From Candidatus Moraniibacteriota bacterium (GTDB lineage: Bacteria; Patescibacteriota; Minisyncoccia; Moranbacterales; UBA1568): 64,000 nt of DNA. The notes under the pieces are model-generated. The model was not told where the DNA came from, made no database searches, and saw only the letters and a list, made by a program, of their open reading frames with translations. The DNA lies in NCBI GenBank assembly GCA_963743885.1, contig CAVURJ010000001.1, positions 438,321-502,320 of the forward strand, written 5' to 3'. A program made the translations under genes and the position numbers. Each line of letters begins with the position of its first letter. The first letter of the stretch is position 1. Shown piece by piece: positions 29,273-38,130 of this stretch.

Positions 29273-29662
29273 TCAGAGTGCGAAGTAGCGGATCTGGTAA
29301 GCGTCCTTTTTGGGTACTCGCTCGAGAGAGTAGAAGAGCTTGTGGCTTTTGCTCCGGTAGATGGGCACGCCGAGAATATCGGAGATGAACCTCTCGGCAT
29401 CGTGGACACTTTCAGCCAGCCGTTGGCCGAGGAGCAGATTGACGAGATTCATGTGGCTGCGGTGACGCACGAGGCGAAGCCTGGAGTGGAAGGGCCCCTC
29501 GAAGATACGCCGGAAACGCTCACCAGTTTCGATGGCGTCAGGATGAAGCTGACGATAGCTGGGTTGCCTCAGACGGCGGATGTCAAAATCAAAATCTTCT
29601 GGCAGAAGCGTCGTTGTGGCGTGCTCGTCGGGACGTTTGAAAGGGAGCACTTTTGCTGGCAT
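29273..29662 (-). CDS. hypothetical protein (129 aa)
   Basis: AGGAG 8 nt upstream of the ATG on the minus strand; convergent with the permease gene with a shared hairpin at 29233-29262; the longer ORF-track version lacks RBS. Confidence 0.45.
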   Translation of the reverse strand: MPAKVLPFKRPDEHATTTLLPEDFDFDIRRLRQPSYRQLHPDAIETGERFRRIFEGPFHSRLRLVRHRSHMNLVNLLLGQRLAESVHDAERFISDILGVPIYRSKSHKLFYSLERVPKKDAYQIRYFAL

Positions 29663-29785
29663 GATGTGAACTCCTGTTGTGAAAGATCGATAGCGTATTA
29701 TGTCATCGAAATAGGTAACTGTCAAACGGTTTCTTTGACGGAAGGAGGGAATCGTGGCAGGCTGATACATGAAAGGCATACCTCT

Positions 29786-30323
29786 ATGGCTCATCTTGTT
29801 ACGCCGGAAGTGAAATTTCCGATAGACCCGTACATCCCAGACGGTCTGCCGTTCGGCAAGCGTGCCGAGCACAATGGCGTCTTTTGGGGCGTGCATCTGG
29901 GCGAGGATTGTGTCGTACCTGCTGGGACGGATGTTCGGGCGATTGGTCGTGGTAAGGTCGTCTATTCAGCGCTCCATGAAGGGACGGCGGAAAAGGGCAA
30001 TTGGGGGCATATCATGATCATTCGGCATAAGCAGCCGAAGACGAAGCTCGTCTTCTATTCGCTCTACGCGCATCTGGGAAAATGCTTCAGAGAATATTGG
30101 CGATCGGGTAGAGGTGGGGGAGCCGATCGGCTTCGTGGGTGAGGGGGATACCCCGGAGAACGGCTTCTGGCCAGCCCATCTCCATTTCGCTATTTATGCC
30201 GGCCCATGGAAGAATGAGGTGCTTCCTGGCTACTGGAAAGAAGGGGAGAAGCGGACGCGTCCCGAGTGGTGGCGGGTACCGAACGAATTCATCCGCGGGT
30301 ATGGTACATTGACGGGAGAGTGA
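29786..30323 (+). pseudogene. M23 family metallopeptidase (LytM domain) disrupted by an apparent +1 frameshift near the A-run at 30079-30083
   Basis: Frame A: GVHLGEDCVVPAGTDV...NWGHIMIIRH...YSLYAHLGK; frame B continues ...ENIGDRVEVGEPIGFVGEGDTPENGFWPAHLHFAIY; deleting 1 nt restores a canonical M23 domain. Confidence 0.6.
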
Positions 30324-30386
30324 TTCCTGGCGTATACTGCACCGCTGGTCCTTTTACAACCTTTTCCGTCCGAAGGAGGGCGAACC

Positions 30387-31079
30387 ATGAAGACAAGTAT
30401 CTTCCCGCCCACTCGTGGCGGGCATTTTTCCTGGTGCACCAGAGTTGATGAGCATCATGGATGTTTCAGCTGCAAATCCCAAGCGTATTTGTTCGCATTC
30501 GGGTTCAGTCTGCTGCTTTTCGTATTCGAGCTGTATGGTGGCCTTGTGACCGGGAGTCTTGGTCTCCTTTCTGACGCATTCCATGTGCTTTTCGATGCAC
30601 TTGGTTATCTGATCGGTCTTGCTGCTGTGCGGCACGGCATGATGGTTGCCGCCGACCATGCGCGCTTCCATGATGTGCAGTCCCGCTACGAAGCGCTCAT
30701 GGGACTCTTCTTGTCCATCGTCGCTTTCTTCATCTTCGAAGAGGCGTATGAGCGGTTCATGATCGGTGTGCCGCCGGAAATCATCGAAATCAGTCTCTTG
30801 TTCTGGGTCGCTTTTGCTGGTCTTATGGGCAATTTGGCTGTACTCCAGATGTTTCGATTGTTCAGCGCTCAGGACAAGATATTGCGCGCCAATATCTGGC
30901 ACACGTTCGGTGATGCGGTATCGTCAGTCTTCGTAGTCTTGAATGCAGCGATTTTCGCGTTTACCACTGATCCGTTCTGGCATTATCTTGATATCGTAGC
31001 CTCAGTCCTCATTGCTTCATTGCTTTTGTGGCAAGCTGTCGGGCTTCTGTCCGGTACTGGTCATACGCACGAGCATTGA
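30387..31079 (+). CDS. cation diffusion facilitator (CDF) family transporter, short form lacking the C-terminal cytoplasmic domain
   Basis: AAGGAGGG RBS; TM2 motif SLGLLSDAFHVLFDALGY and HD in TM5 typical of CDF; His-rich C-terminus GTGHTHEH. Confidence 0.7.
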   Translation: MKTSIFPPTRGGHFSWCTRVDEHHGCFSCKSQAYLFAFGFSLLLFVFELYGGLVTGSLGLLSDAFHVLFDALGYLIGLAAVRHGMMVAADHARFHDVQSRYEALMGLFLSIVAFFIFEEAYERFMIGVPPEIIEISLLFWVAFAGLMGNLAVLQMFRLFSAQDKILRANIWHTFGDAVSSVFVVLNAAIFAFTTDPFWHYLDIVASVLIASLLLWQAVGLLSGTGHTHEH

Positions 31080-31084
31080 AAAGA

Positions 31085-31124
31085 GCCCTTCCGGGAAACT
31101 CTCCGGAAGGGCTTCTTCTTTTTG
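31085..31124 (+). terminator. rho-independent terminator (10-bp stem GCCCTTCCGG/CCGGAAGGGC plus T-rich tail)
   Basis: Perfect 10-bp stem directly after the CDF gene stop. Confidence 0.7.
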
Positions 31125-31169
31125 TGGAATTGACCATTACGCGCCTTTCCGGTATAACTGAAAGGTGCT

Positions 31170-31243
31170 GCGCTCGTAGCTCAGTGGATTAGAGCATCTG
31201 GCTTCGAACCAGAGGGTCGGGGGTTCGATCCCCTCCGAGCGCA
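31170..31243 (+). tRNA. tRNA-Arg (anticodon TCG)
   Basis: Manual fold: acceptor GCGCTCG/CGAGCGC; D-arm TAGCTCAGTGGATTAGAGCA; anticodon loop CTTCGAA; T-arm GGGGGTTCGATCCCCTC; discriminator A; no encoded CCA. Confidence 0.85.
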
Positions 31244-31281
31244 CAATCGACGAAGGAGATTTGCCTCGGAGCAAGCCAACT
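31231..31281. repeat. 51-bp direct repeat copy 1 (tRNA-Arg 3' 13 nt plus 38 nt of trailer)
   Basis: Identical to 31410-31460; contains the hairpin GCCAACTGCTTGGC motif at its end. Confidence 0.8.
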
Positions 31282-31409
31282 GCTTGGCTTGCGCAGGGGA
31301 TCGAAAGCCGGAACGCTGCACGAGTTTCCGCCAGAGGCGGAAGGCGAGTGCCGTGAGGCGGGGTCGCGAAATTTTTCCGTCAGGAAAAATATTCGTGACC
31401 GATCCGCAT

Positions 31410-31460
31410 CCCTCCGAGCGCACAATCGACGAAGGAGATTTGCCTCGGAGCAAGCCAACT
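31410..31460. repeat. 51-bp direct repeat copy 2 (displaced tRNA-Arg 3' end plus trailer), followed by a 20-nt palindrome insertion
   Basis: Exact copy of 31231-31281; a third partial copy (CCGAGCGCACAAT) lies at 31532-31544. Confidence 0.8.
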
Positions 31461-31480
31461 CCTGCCTGCCGGTAGGCAGG
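31461..31480. repeat. 20-nt palindrome CCTGCCTGCCGGTAGGCAGG (member of a dispersed palindrome family)
   Basis: Related copies at 39802-39818, 50096-50115 (perfect palindrome) and 56181-56200 (reverse orientation). Confidence 0.7.
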
Positions 31481-31755
31481 GCTTGGCTTACGTATCTGAT
31501 TCCCTCTCACCTCGATTCGAGTCGAAGCGGGCCGAGCGCACAATTGACGAGTTTCTCATTTTTTGGTATCCTATGCGCATTGCTTAGTGAAAGCAATTTT
31601 TGTTGCATATCGCATACAAAATCGAGAGTGGATACCTGCCCGAACGTACCGTTCGGTACGGGCGGGGCTCAGTTGGTAGATCCGCCAGCTGGCGGACTCT
31701 CAAGCCAATGGTCGGCGACCGTTGGGGATAGAGTCTTCGGTTAAAGGATTCAGAT

Positions 31756-31831
31756 GGGTGTATAGCTCAGTTGGTAGAGCAGTGGCCTCTTAAGCCAACG
31801 GTCGCAGGTTCGAATCCTGCTACACCCACCA
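31756..31831 (+). tRNA. tRNA-Lys (anticodon CTT), CCA encoded
   Basis: GGGTGTA acceptor; D-arm TAGCTCAGTTGGTAGAGCA; anticodon loop CTCTTAA; T-arm GCAGGTTCGAATCCTGC; TACACCC-A-CCA. Confidence 0.85.
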
Positions 31832-31847
31832 GGAAGAGATTCGGTTT

Positions 31848-31919
31848 GCCCCGATAGCTTAATGGATAAAGCAGGACTCTTCTAAGGTCTTGATGGGGGT
31901 TCGATTCCCTCTCGGGGCA
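31848..31919 (+). tRNA. tRNA-Arg (anticodon TCT)
   Basis: GCCCCGA/TCGGGGC acceptor; anticodon loop CTTCTAA; T-arm GGGGGTTCGATTCCCTC. Confidence 0.8.
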
Positions 31920-32121
31920 CAAAAAGAGTACCTCGCAGTGGATACCCGCCCGACACGCTTGACGCGAGTCATGCGGGCGGGGAGCGGAGCCTTCTAAGCT
32001 ATTGGTCGTTGGTTCCCCGCCAGAATGACTCTGTCGGGCTGGGATTCCAACCCGGAGCACAAATAGCCCGATGAGAACCGATAGGGTTTTCCTTTTAGGG
32101 CACAGTCTTAGAACCTGCTGG

Positions 32122-32196
32122 GGTGGCCATCGTTCAATGGTAGGACAATGGTTTGTGGTACCATGAATCAGGGTTCGATTCCCTGTGGTCACCCCA
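32122..32196 (+). tRNA. tRNA-His (anticodon GTG) with encoded G-1 and CCA
   Basis: G-1 pairing with C73; acceptor GTGGCCA/TGGTCAC; anticodon stem-loop ATGGT-TTGTGGT-ACCAT; T-arm CAGGGTTCGATTCCCTG. Confidence 0.85.
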
Positions 32197-32329
32197 GCGG
32201 GTTTTATGTTGCCTTATATTTTAATGATAGGTCTGCCAGTTGGCGGATTGTAGTTACCCCTGTGGGGGTTTTATTTTGCTTAAAAAAACTCCCGGAAACC
32301 GCGTGGGTTCCGGGATGGCGCCGAGAAGG

Positions 32330-32449
32330 TCAGATGTTGGGTTTGTTGGTGCAGCCTTGCACTGGAATGCCGTTGCTACAGCCGTCGCCGTCGGGGATGA
32401 AGGACTTCTTGCCGCTCTGGTTGCTGATCCAGCTTGGGTCATGTTTCAT
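32330..32449 (-). CDS. small Cys-containing peptide (39 aa) MKHDPSWISNQSGKKSFIPDGDGCSNGIPVQGCTNKPNI
   Basis: AAGGAG 6 nt upstream of the ATG on the minus strand; terminator-like hairpin at about 32290-32330 downstream; immediately downstream of the VanW gene. Confidence 0.4.
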   Translation of the reverse strand: MKHDPSWISNQSGKKSFIPDGDGCSNGIPVQGCTNKPNI

Positions 32450-32525
32450 GACGCTCTCCTTTTGCTTGGTTGCGGGTGGAACTACTTCCAGTATGTGCTG
32501 GATAATAGACGATGTCAATCCTGGC

Positions 32526-33815
32526 TTACGGATGGATTGCTTTGTAGGCTTTCCATTCTCTTGCGGACCAATCCTTTGGTTTTTCTGTGAGGATTGTTTC
32601 CTCTCCTGGGTGCGGGAAGAGGCTTGGGGATTTGTAGTTGCTCCAGAAGCTGTCCTTGATGATGGCTTCTCCGGAAGCGTCTGTGACGAGCTGGCTGAAG
32701 ACGGTCTTCATACTGCCGTCTGGGTTGCTCTCGAGGATGTGCGGCCCGTCGACGGTCGTAGTGCGTCCGTCCTTGGTGCCGTAGAAATTGAAGGTGAGCT
32801 CGGTGCCATCGACGACGGGCTGCATGAGGATATAGCCTGGGGTGTTGTTCACAAAGCGCAGGTCGGGCTTGGGGATATAGATAGTCGCATCCATGCCGTA
32901 GGGATAGTAGTAACGGACGGGGTAGGCATGGTTGCGGCGTTCGGCGATCTTGAGGCCGCTGTAAACGGCGGCGCGGAAGACGGTGCTTGAGACCTGGCAG
33001 ATACCACCGCCGAACTCAGGCTGTGTCTTGTTGTCCTTGATGACAAGCTCAGGAAGGTAGCCATGCTCGCCGTCCACTTCACCTAAGACTTCGACGAAGG
33101 AAAAGGTCTTGCCAGGGGCGATGAGGGCGCCGTCGAACTGCTTGAGCGCGTGTTTGATATTGTAGATGCGGTTCTTTGGTGAGCCGCGGAAGTTGGATCG
33201 GCCGCTGCCGACGAGCTCCTTGAGACCCAGGCGTTCGAGGTCGGTGCTCGCGACCGTCGCCGGTACAGTCTCCGTAGGCAGAGCGATCTCCGCTACCGTG
33301 CTGTCTCCGGATTCGATGCTCCGCGCCAGGACTTCGACGCTTTCTTCTTGTGAGAGTTTGAGTCCGACAATCTCCTGTTTCGCGACGGTGATGGCGCCGT
33401 TTTCATCGGCCGAAAAGACGGCGTTTTCCGGGTCGCGGGCGATGCGATCGGCGAGAGCGGAGACGAAGGTTTTGATCGCCTCGCGGTCAGTCGTGCTTTC
33501 GAGACCGATCACGACGTGCGAGCGAACGGATCGGGAGACAGAGAAATCGCAGTAGCTCGGAATGGTCGGACAGTAGTCCGAGTTTTCTATCTCCGAACGG
33601 CGGTTGGTATCGATGGAGAGCGTGGTCTCGAGACGGAGCCAGGAGATGATCGTCTCGCGAGGGATGGTCTCGGTGTAGTCCGAGGCGCGGAGCGTGACGG
33701 AGGAGGGGATGCGACTGGCTGCGTCGGCATGCGCCGGCAGGACAGCGAAAAGTGCCAGCGCGAGAATCGCTGGGCGCATGAGGAGAATCGTTTGTCTGAT
33801 GGATACGTTGGACAT
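32526..33815 (-). CDS. VanW-family protein with an N-terminal signal peptide
   Basis: VanW motif GGGICQVSSTVFRAAVYSG and downstream Y..G.DAT; start chosen at MSNVSIRQTILLMRPAILALALFAVLPAHA; the longer upstream ORF portion is Arg-rich junk. Confidence 0.75.
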   Translation of the reverse strand: MSNVSIRQTILLMRPAILALALFAVLPAHADAASRIPSSVTLRASDYTETIPRETIISWLRLETTLSIDTNRRSEIENSDYCPTIPSYCDFSVSRSVRSHVVIGLESTTDREAIKTFVSALADRIARDPENAVFSADENGAITVAKQEIVGLKLSQEESVEVLARSIESGDSTVAEIALPTETVPATVASTDLERLGLKELVGSGRSNFRGSPKNRIYNIKHALKQFDGALIAPGKTFSFVEVLGEVDGEHGYLPELVIKDNKTQPEFGGGICQVSSTVFRAAVYSGLKIAERRNHAYPVRYYYPYGMDATIYIPKPDLRFVNNTPGYILMQPVVDGTELTFNFYGTKDGRTTTVDGPHILESNPDGSMKTVFSQLVTDASGEAIIKDSFWSNYKSPSLFPHPGEETILTEKPKDWSAREWKAYKAIHP

Positions 33816-33892
33816 ACTACTGAAGGGGAAAGAAAACCGGCTCCGCAAAACGGAACCGGCATCGAGTATTCCGTCGATCCGGATACGGAGGC

Positions 33893-34429
33893 TTAGAAGC
33901 CGCGCACCTGGATCTTCTTGGTTTTGGTCGTATCGGCCTTCGGAAGGCGAATCGTGAGGATACCGTTCTTGAGGGAAGCGTCGACTTTCTCTGGGACGAC
34001 GTCGACCGGCAGGAGGACGGAGCGGGAGAAACCTCCCCAATAGCACTCCTGGTAGTAGTAGTTGCCGTTCTCGACGACCTCTTCGTTCTTGCGCTCGCCC
34101 TTGATGGTGACCATGTCGTTGTTGATCGAGACATCCAGGTCCTCAGGCTTCACGCCGGCGATGGTCGACTTGATGACGATATCGTTCTCGGTTTGATAGA
34201 CATCAATCGTCAGCTGGCCCTCGGCGCCGTCGCTTTCGCTCTGGAAAGCAGCCGGAGCAGCCCAGGAATCCTGCGTGTGCTGGGGGAAGGCGGGTTCGTT
34301 CATAGGGATGTTTGTTTCTTCTTCGTTATTGTAGATCGGCACGGTCGCTGCTGGCTGGAAATCATCGCTTTCGATGCTTTTGGCGCCGGTGAGACGTTCG
34401 AAGAAGGAATGCTTCTGTTTTGTCACCAT
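33893..34429 (-). CDS. Hsp20/alpha-crystallin family small heat-shock protein
   Basis: ACD core LTIDVYQTENDIVIKSTIAGVKPEDLDVSINNDMVTIKGER...GFSRSVLLP...ASLKNGILTIRLPK. Confidence 0.85.
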   Translation of the reverse strand: MVTKQKHSFFERLTGAKSIESDDFQPAATVPIYNNEEETNIPMNEPAFPQHTQDSWAAPAAFQSESDGAEGQLTIDVYQTENDIVIKSTIAGVKPEDLDVSINNDMVTIKGERKNEEVVENGNYYYQECYWGGFSRSVLLPVDVVPEKVDASLKNGILTIRLPKADTTKTKKIQVRGF

Positions 34430-34513
34430 AGGTTCTGGTTGGTTAGGTTATGTCTCTAGTATAACGGGTATCGTCCAGGGGGGCAATACCTGTTTCGTGC
34501 ACAATAGAGGCTT

Positions 34514-35071
34514 CTAGTAAGCCGGGAAAACGAGGTAAGCGGTGATATTGTAGGCGATATGGACGCCAGCTGCCAGAATGAAGGCGAGCCATGGTCGGAA
34601 GCGGCTGTCCGGGATGAGCGCCGAGGCGGCGAGGAGGAGGCTGGTAATGGTGTGAATAGCGACGATTCCAGTGATCGGAGCAGCCTCGAGCCCGATGGTA
34701 TGCCAGGCTGACCAGGCTTCCGGCAGGGAGAAGCCGAGACCGAAGAAGAGGCCGAGGAGGAGTGCTCCTTTGAGGGCGGGGGCGTTTTCGCGGAGGCGGA
34801 GGACACGGTAGCGGATGAGGAAGAGATATTTCGAGGCTTCCTCGATGAGTGCGCCGAGGAGGAGCGTGGTGAGGATCGTGATCGAGAGACCGCTCTCGGA
34901 AACAGGGAGCGGCGTGACGGAGGAGTTTTCGGAAAAGGTGAACAAGCTGAAGACGAGGAGCTCAGCGATGAGAGCGAAGGCAGCTGCGAGGGCACCGAAA
35001 ACCATTATCATAGAGGATGGGTTATGGGGGGAGAGCGTGGATAGATGCCACGTTTCTTTTAATTCTTCCAC
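34514..35071 (-). CDS. polytopic membrane protein, possibly a CPBP-family intramembrane protease-like protein
   Basis: Six hydrophobic helices; EExxK and HxxxN-like motifs (GALIEEASKY; AGVHIAYN); GTG start abuts the RBS, so the start is uncertain. Confidence 0.45.
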   Translation of the reverse strand: MEELKETWHLSTLSPHNPSSMIMVFGALAAAFALIAELLVFSLFTFSENSSVTPLPVSESGLSITILTTLLLGALIEEASKYLFLIRYRVLRLRENAPALKGALLLGLFFGLGFSLPEAWSAWHTIGLEAAPITGIVAIHTITSLLLAASALIPDSRFRPWLAFILAAGVHIAYNITAYLVFPAY

Positions 35072-35170
35072 CCCTCCTTTCTAAGGAGGGGGTAGGGGGA
35101 GGTTAGTGCAAAGATATTTATTAACAAACCCCTCCTTAATCCTCCCCTTGGAAAGGAGAGGAGGATTATG

Positions 35171-37804
35171 CTACGAGAGCGAGGTGAGATGAGCTTCGAT
35201 ATCAGCGAGCTCTTTTTCAGCAGCGGCGAGCTTTTCGCGTTCAGCTGCTACGACTTCCGGCTTGGCGCGCTCAACGAAGTTTGCATTGCCGAGCTTGGTC
35301 TGAAGTGATGTGATATACTTTTCCTTTTCGGCCTTCTCCTTCTCGAAGCGTTCGCGCTCTTTGGTGGTATCGACGACACCATCGAGATGGAGGAAGACCC
35401 GGAGGAGTCCATATTGAACAAGGACGGAGTTTTCTGGGGCGATACGAGAGGAGTGTTCTTGTAGTTTGCTTATGCGTGCCAGACGTTTGAAGGTTTCTTC
35501 GTTCTTCCCTTCTGTGAGCGCCTTGTATGATCCTCCGTAGGCACTTACGACCATCTTCGTTGCCGGCTCGATGTGGTAGGTGGCGCGGATATTACGGATC
35601 TCGCTGATGAGGCCTTTCACGAGCTCGAAGCGGTTTTCGTTAGCGATTTCTTGATGTGTCTCCGGGAAGGCGGGCCACTTCGCGACCATGAGGAATTCAC
35701 TTCCGTCGAAATGGAAGGTCTGATGGATCGCTTCGGTGACGAAAGGCATGAAGGGGTGCCAGAGCTTGAGGATGATGTCGAAAGCGTACCGCAGGAGCGC
35801 GTCGTTCTTCTCGACCTTGTGGATCTCCACGTACCAGTCGGCGAAATCACCCCAGGTGAATTCGCGGAGTTCTTCGGCAGCGAGCGAGAGCTCGTAGCGA
35901 TCGAGATGGCCGGTAACGCTCTTAGTGACCGTTTCTAGCTTCGCAAGAATCCATCGATCCGCACCCGTCTTCGCTTCTGGTGTTCCCTGTTCGTTGTTCG
36001 TTGTTCCCTGGCTTCCGATATATCGGCCAAGATTCCACAGCTTGTTGGTGAAATTGCGCATCGCGATGATCTTCTCATCGGAGAGCTTCATATCGTTGCC
36101 AGGGGTACTGCCTGAGACGAGTGCCATGCGGAGCGCGTCGGCGCCGTGCTCTTCGGAGACGGTGAGCGGATCGATCACATTACCAAGTGATTTGGACATC
36201 TTGCGACCCTGTTCGTCGCGGACGAGGCCGTGGAGATAGACAGTATCGAAGGGATGTGTGCCGATCAGATATTCTGTCATGAGGATCATGCGGGCCACCC
36301 AGAAGAACAAGATGTCATAGCCGGTCTCAAGGAGCGAGGTCGGATGGAATGCTTTGAGGTCCTTCGCATCAATGTTGGGCCAGCCCAAAGTCGAGAATGT
36401 CCAGAGTCCGGAGGAGAACCAGGTATCGAGCGTGTCGGGATCCTGTGTCCAGTCGTCGCCCTCTGGCGCTTCGATGCCGCAGTAGGTTTCTTCGCCGCGA
36501 TACCATACCGGGATCTGATGACCGAACCAGATCTGGCGCGAGATGCACCAGTCGCGGAGATTGTCGATCCAGTGGAAGTAGGTCTTTCCAAAGCGCTCCG
36601 GCAGGATGGCGACGCGTTTCGATGTCACAGCCTCCTGCATGAGAGTCTTCAGTGTTACGGTGCGACCATCGCGTTCGAATTCCTTGTTCACGCCGACGAA
36701 CCATTGTCGCTTGATCTGTGGCTCGATGACACCCTCGCCGCGGCTGTTGATAGCGATATTGTGGACGTAGCCTTCCTCGATCTTCACGACGAGGCCCTTC
36801 GTTTGTAGCCTCTCGATCATTTTGACACGTGCTTCGGCGATCGGCAGACCGACGAATTCGCCTGCGATCGGCAGGAGCCTGCCGCTTTCGTCGATGATCT
36901 GCTCCCGGTCGAGGCCGTGGCGTTCAGCGATATCAAAGTCGGTGTGGTCGTGCCACGGAGTGATGGTCATGACGCCAGTGCCGAATTCGCGGTCGATGAC
37001 GGCATCCTTCACGATAGTCGCGGTCACGGGACCATTGATCCATTCGAGCTCGATCTGTTGGCCATCCGCGTATTCGGCGTAGCGTTCGTCATCCGGATGC
37101 ATGACGATGTATTTGTCTCCGAATTTGGTCTCGGGACGGGCGGTCGAGATGACGAACGGGCCGTACTGGAGGTAGTAGAAGGGGATCTTCTCTTCTTTCC
37201 ATTCGATTTCGTCGTCGGAGACGGTCGTTTGGAGATTTGGATCCCAATTGACGATGCGGTCGCCGCGATAGATGAGTCCGTCATCATACATCCGCTTGAA
37301 GGCGGTGCGGACGGCGAGATTGCGCTTGTCATCGAGCGTGTAGGCTTCGCGCGACCAGTCGAGGGACGAGCCCATCTTCTTGGTCTGGCGTACGATAGTG
37401 TCATGGCTGTCCTGTGCAAACGCTTCGACGCGCGCGAGGAATGCTTCGCGGCCGAGATCATGGCGGGTCTTGCCCTCTTCCTTCGTGAGGATCTTCTCGA
37501 CTTTGCTCTGCGTCGCGATGGCGGCGTGGTCGGTACCTGGGAGCCAGAGCGTGCGTTCGCCCTTCATGCGGTGGTAGCGGACGACCGCATCCTCGATGGC
37601 GAGCATAGCGGCGTGGCCGGCATGGAGCGTACCAGTAACATTCGGTGGGGGAAGGACGATCGAGAAGTGCGGCGCCTTCTCATCAGCGATACCTTTTTCG
37701 ATGCAGGTGTCAGGATTGAAGAGTCCGCTCTTCTCCCAGTCGGAGTAGAGCCGGTCTTCCCATTCCTGGGCGTTGTAGGCTTTCGGTATTTCCTGGTCGT
37801 TCAT
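35171..37804 (-). CDS. valS: valine--tRNA ligase
   Basis: HIGH (PNVTGTLHAGHA) and KMSKS (KMSKSLGN) motifs; editing-domain insertions; C-terminal coiled coil; 877 aa. Confidence 0.95.
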   Translation of the reverse strand: MNDQEIPKAYNAQEWEDRLYSDWEKSGLFNPDTCIEKGIADEKAPHFSIVLPPPNVTGTLHAGHAAMLAIEDAVVRYHRMKGERTLWLPGTDHAAIATQSKVEKILTKEEGKTRHDLGREAFLARVEAFAQDSHDTIVRQTKKMGSSLDWSREAYTLDDKRNLAVRTAFKRMYDDGLIYRGDRIVNWDPNLQTTVSDDEIEWKEEKIPFYYLQYGPFVISTARPETKFGDKYIVMHPDDERYAEYADGQQIELEWINGPVTATIVKDAVIDREFGTGVMTITPWHDHTDFDIAERHGLDREQIIDESGRLLPIAGEFVGLPIAEARVKMIERLQTKGLVVKIEEGYVHNIAINSRGEGVIEPQIKRQWFVGVNKEFERDGRTVTLKTLMQEAVTSKRVAILPERFGKTYFHWIDNLRDWCISRQIWFGHQIPVWYRGEETYCGIEAPEGDDWTQDPDTLDTWFSSGLWTFSTLGWPNIDAKDLKAFHPTSLLETGYDILFFWVARMILMTEYLIGTHPFDTVYLHGLVRDEQGRKMSKSLGNVIDPLTVSEEHGADALRMALVSGSTPGNDMKLSDEKIIAMRNFTNKLWNLGRYIGSQGTTNNEQGTPEAKTGADRWILAKLETVTKSVTGHLDRYELSLAAEELREFTWGDFADWYVEIHKVEKNDALLRYAFDIILKLWHPFMPFVTEAIHQTFHFDGSEFLMVAKWPAFPETHQEIANENRFELVKGLISEIRNIRATYHIEPATKMVVSAYGGSYKALTEGKNEETFKRLARISKLQEHSSRIAPENSVLVQYGLLRVFLHLDGVVDTTKERERFEKEKAEKEKYITSLQTKLGNANFVERAKPEVVAAEREKLAAAEKELADIEAHLTSLS

Positions 37805-38130
37805 ACCCGGTAGTGAAACTTCAATTATTTCTTAATAGGATTTTTATAAGGCGGACTTCAAATAGAGGAAAGCGTGTGCTGTATCGTTGTATCGTGAATG
37901 CTTGATTGAAGTTCTACTACCGGGCATATTCGTATTCCGGTACGCATTATATTGCTCAGGGTATCATGGAAAAGGCTTGTTTTCAAGCCGTGCCGCTTAT
38001 GAGCGTGGGGACAGCGGGGCATGTCGAGACCCGGTATGGACAAGCGTGGCGCGCGCGTGGTATCGTCCAGTGTTGGGATTTTTCCAGCCGCTTTGTTCCT
38101 AGCGAAAAGGGAAGGTTCTTTTGGGAGAGA

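Noticed and set aside
31289-32990. ORF-track entries 31289..31744, 32148..32990 and others
   Set aside because: They overlap four tRNA genes and the repeat-rich trailers, with no RBS; non-coding region.
35573-37813. Multiple plus-strand ORFs (121-298 aa) within valS
   Set aside because: Antisense to valS, which carries intact HIGH and KMSKS motifs.
37804-37914. T-box riboswitch upstream of valS
   Set aside because: The leader is only about 100 nt and lacks a specifier loop or T-box sequence (AATTAGGGTGGNACCGCG-like); too short.
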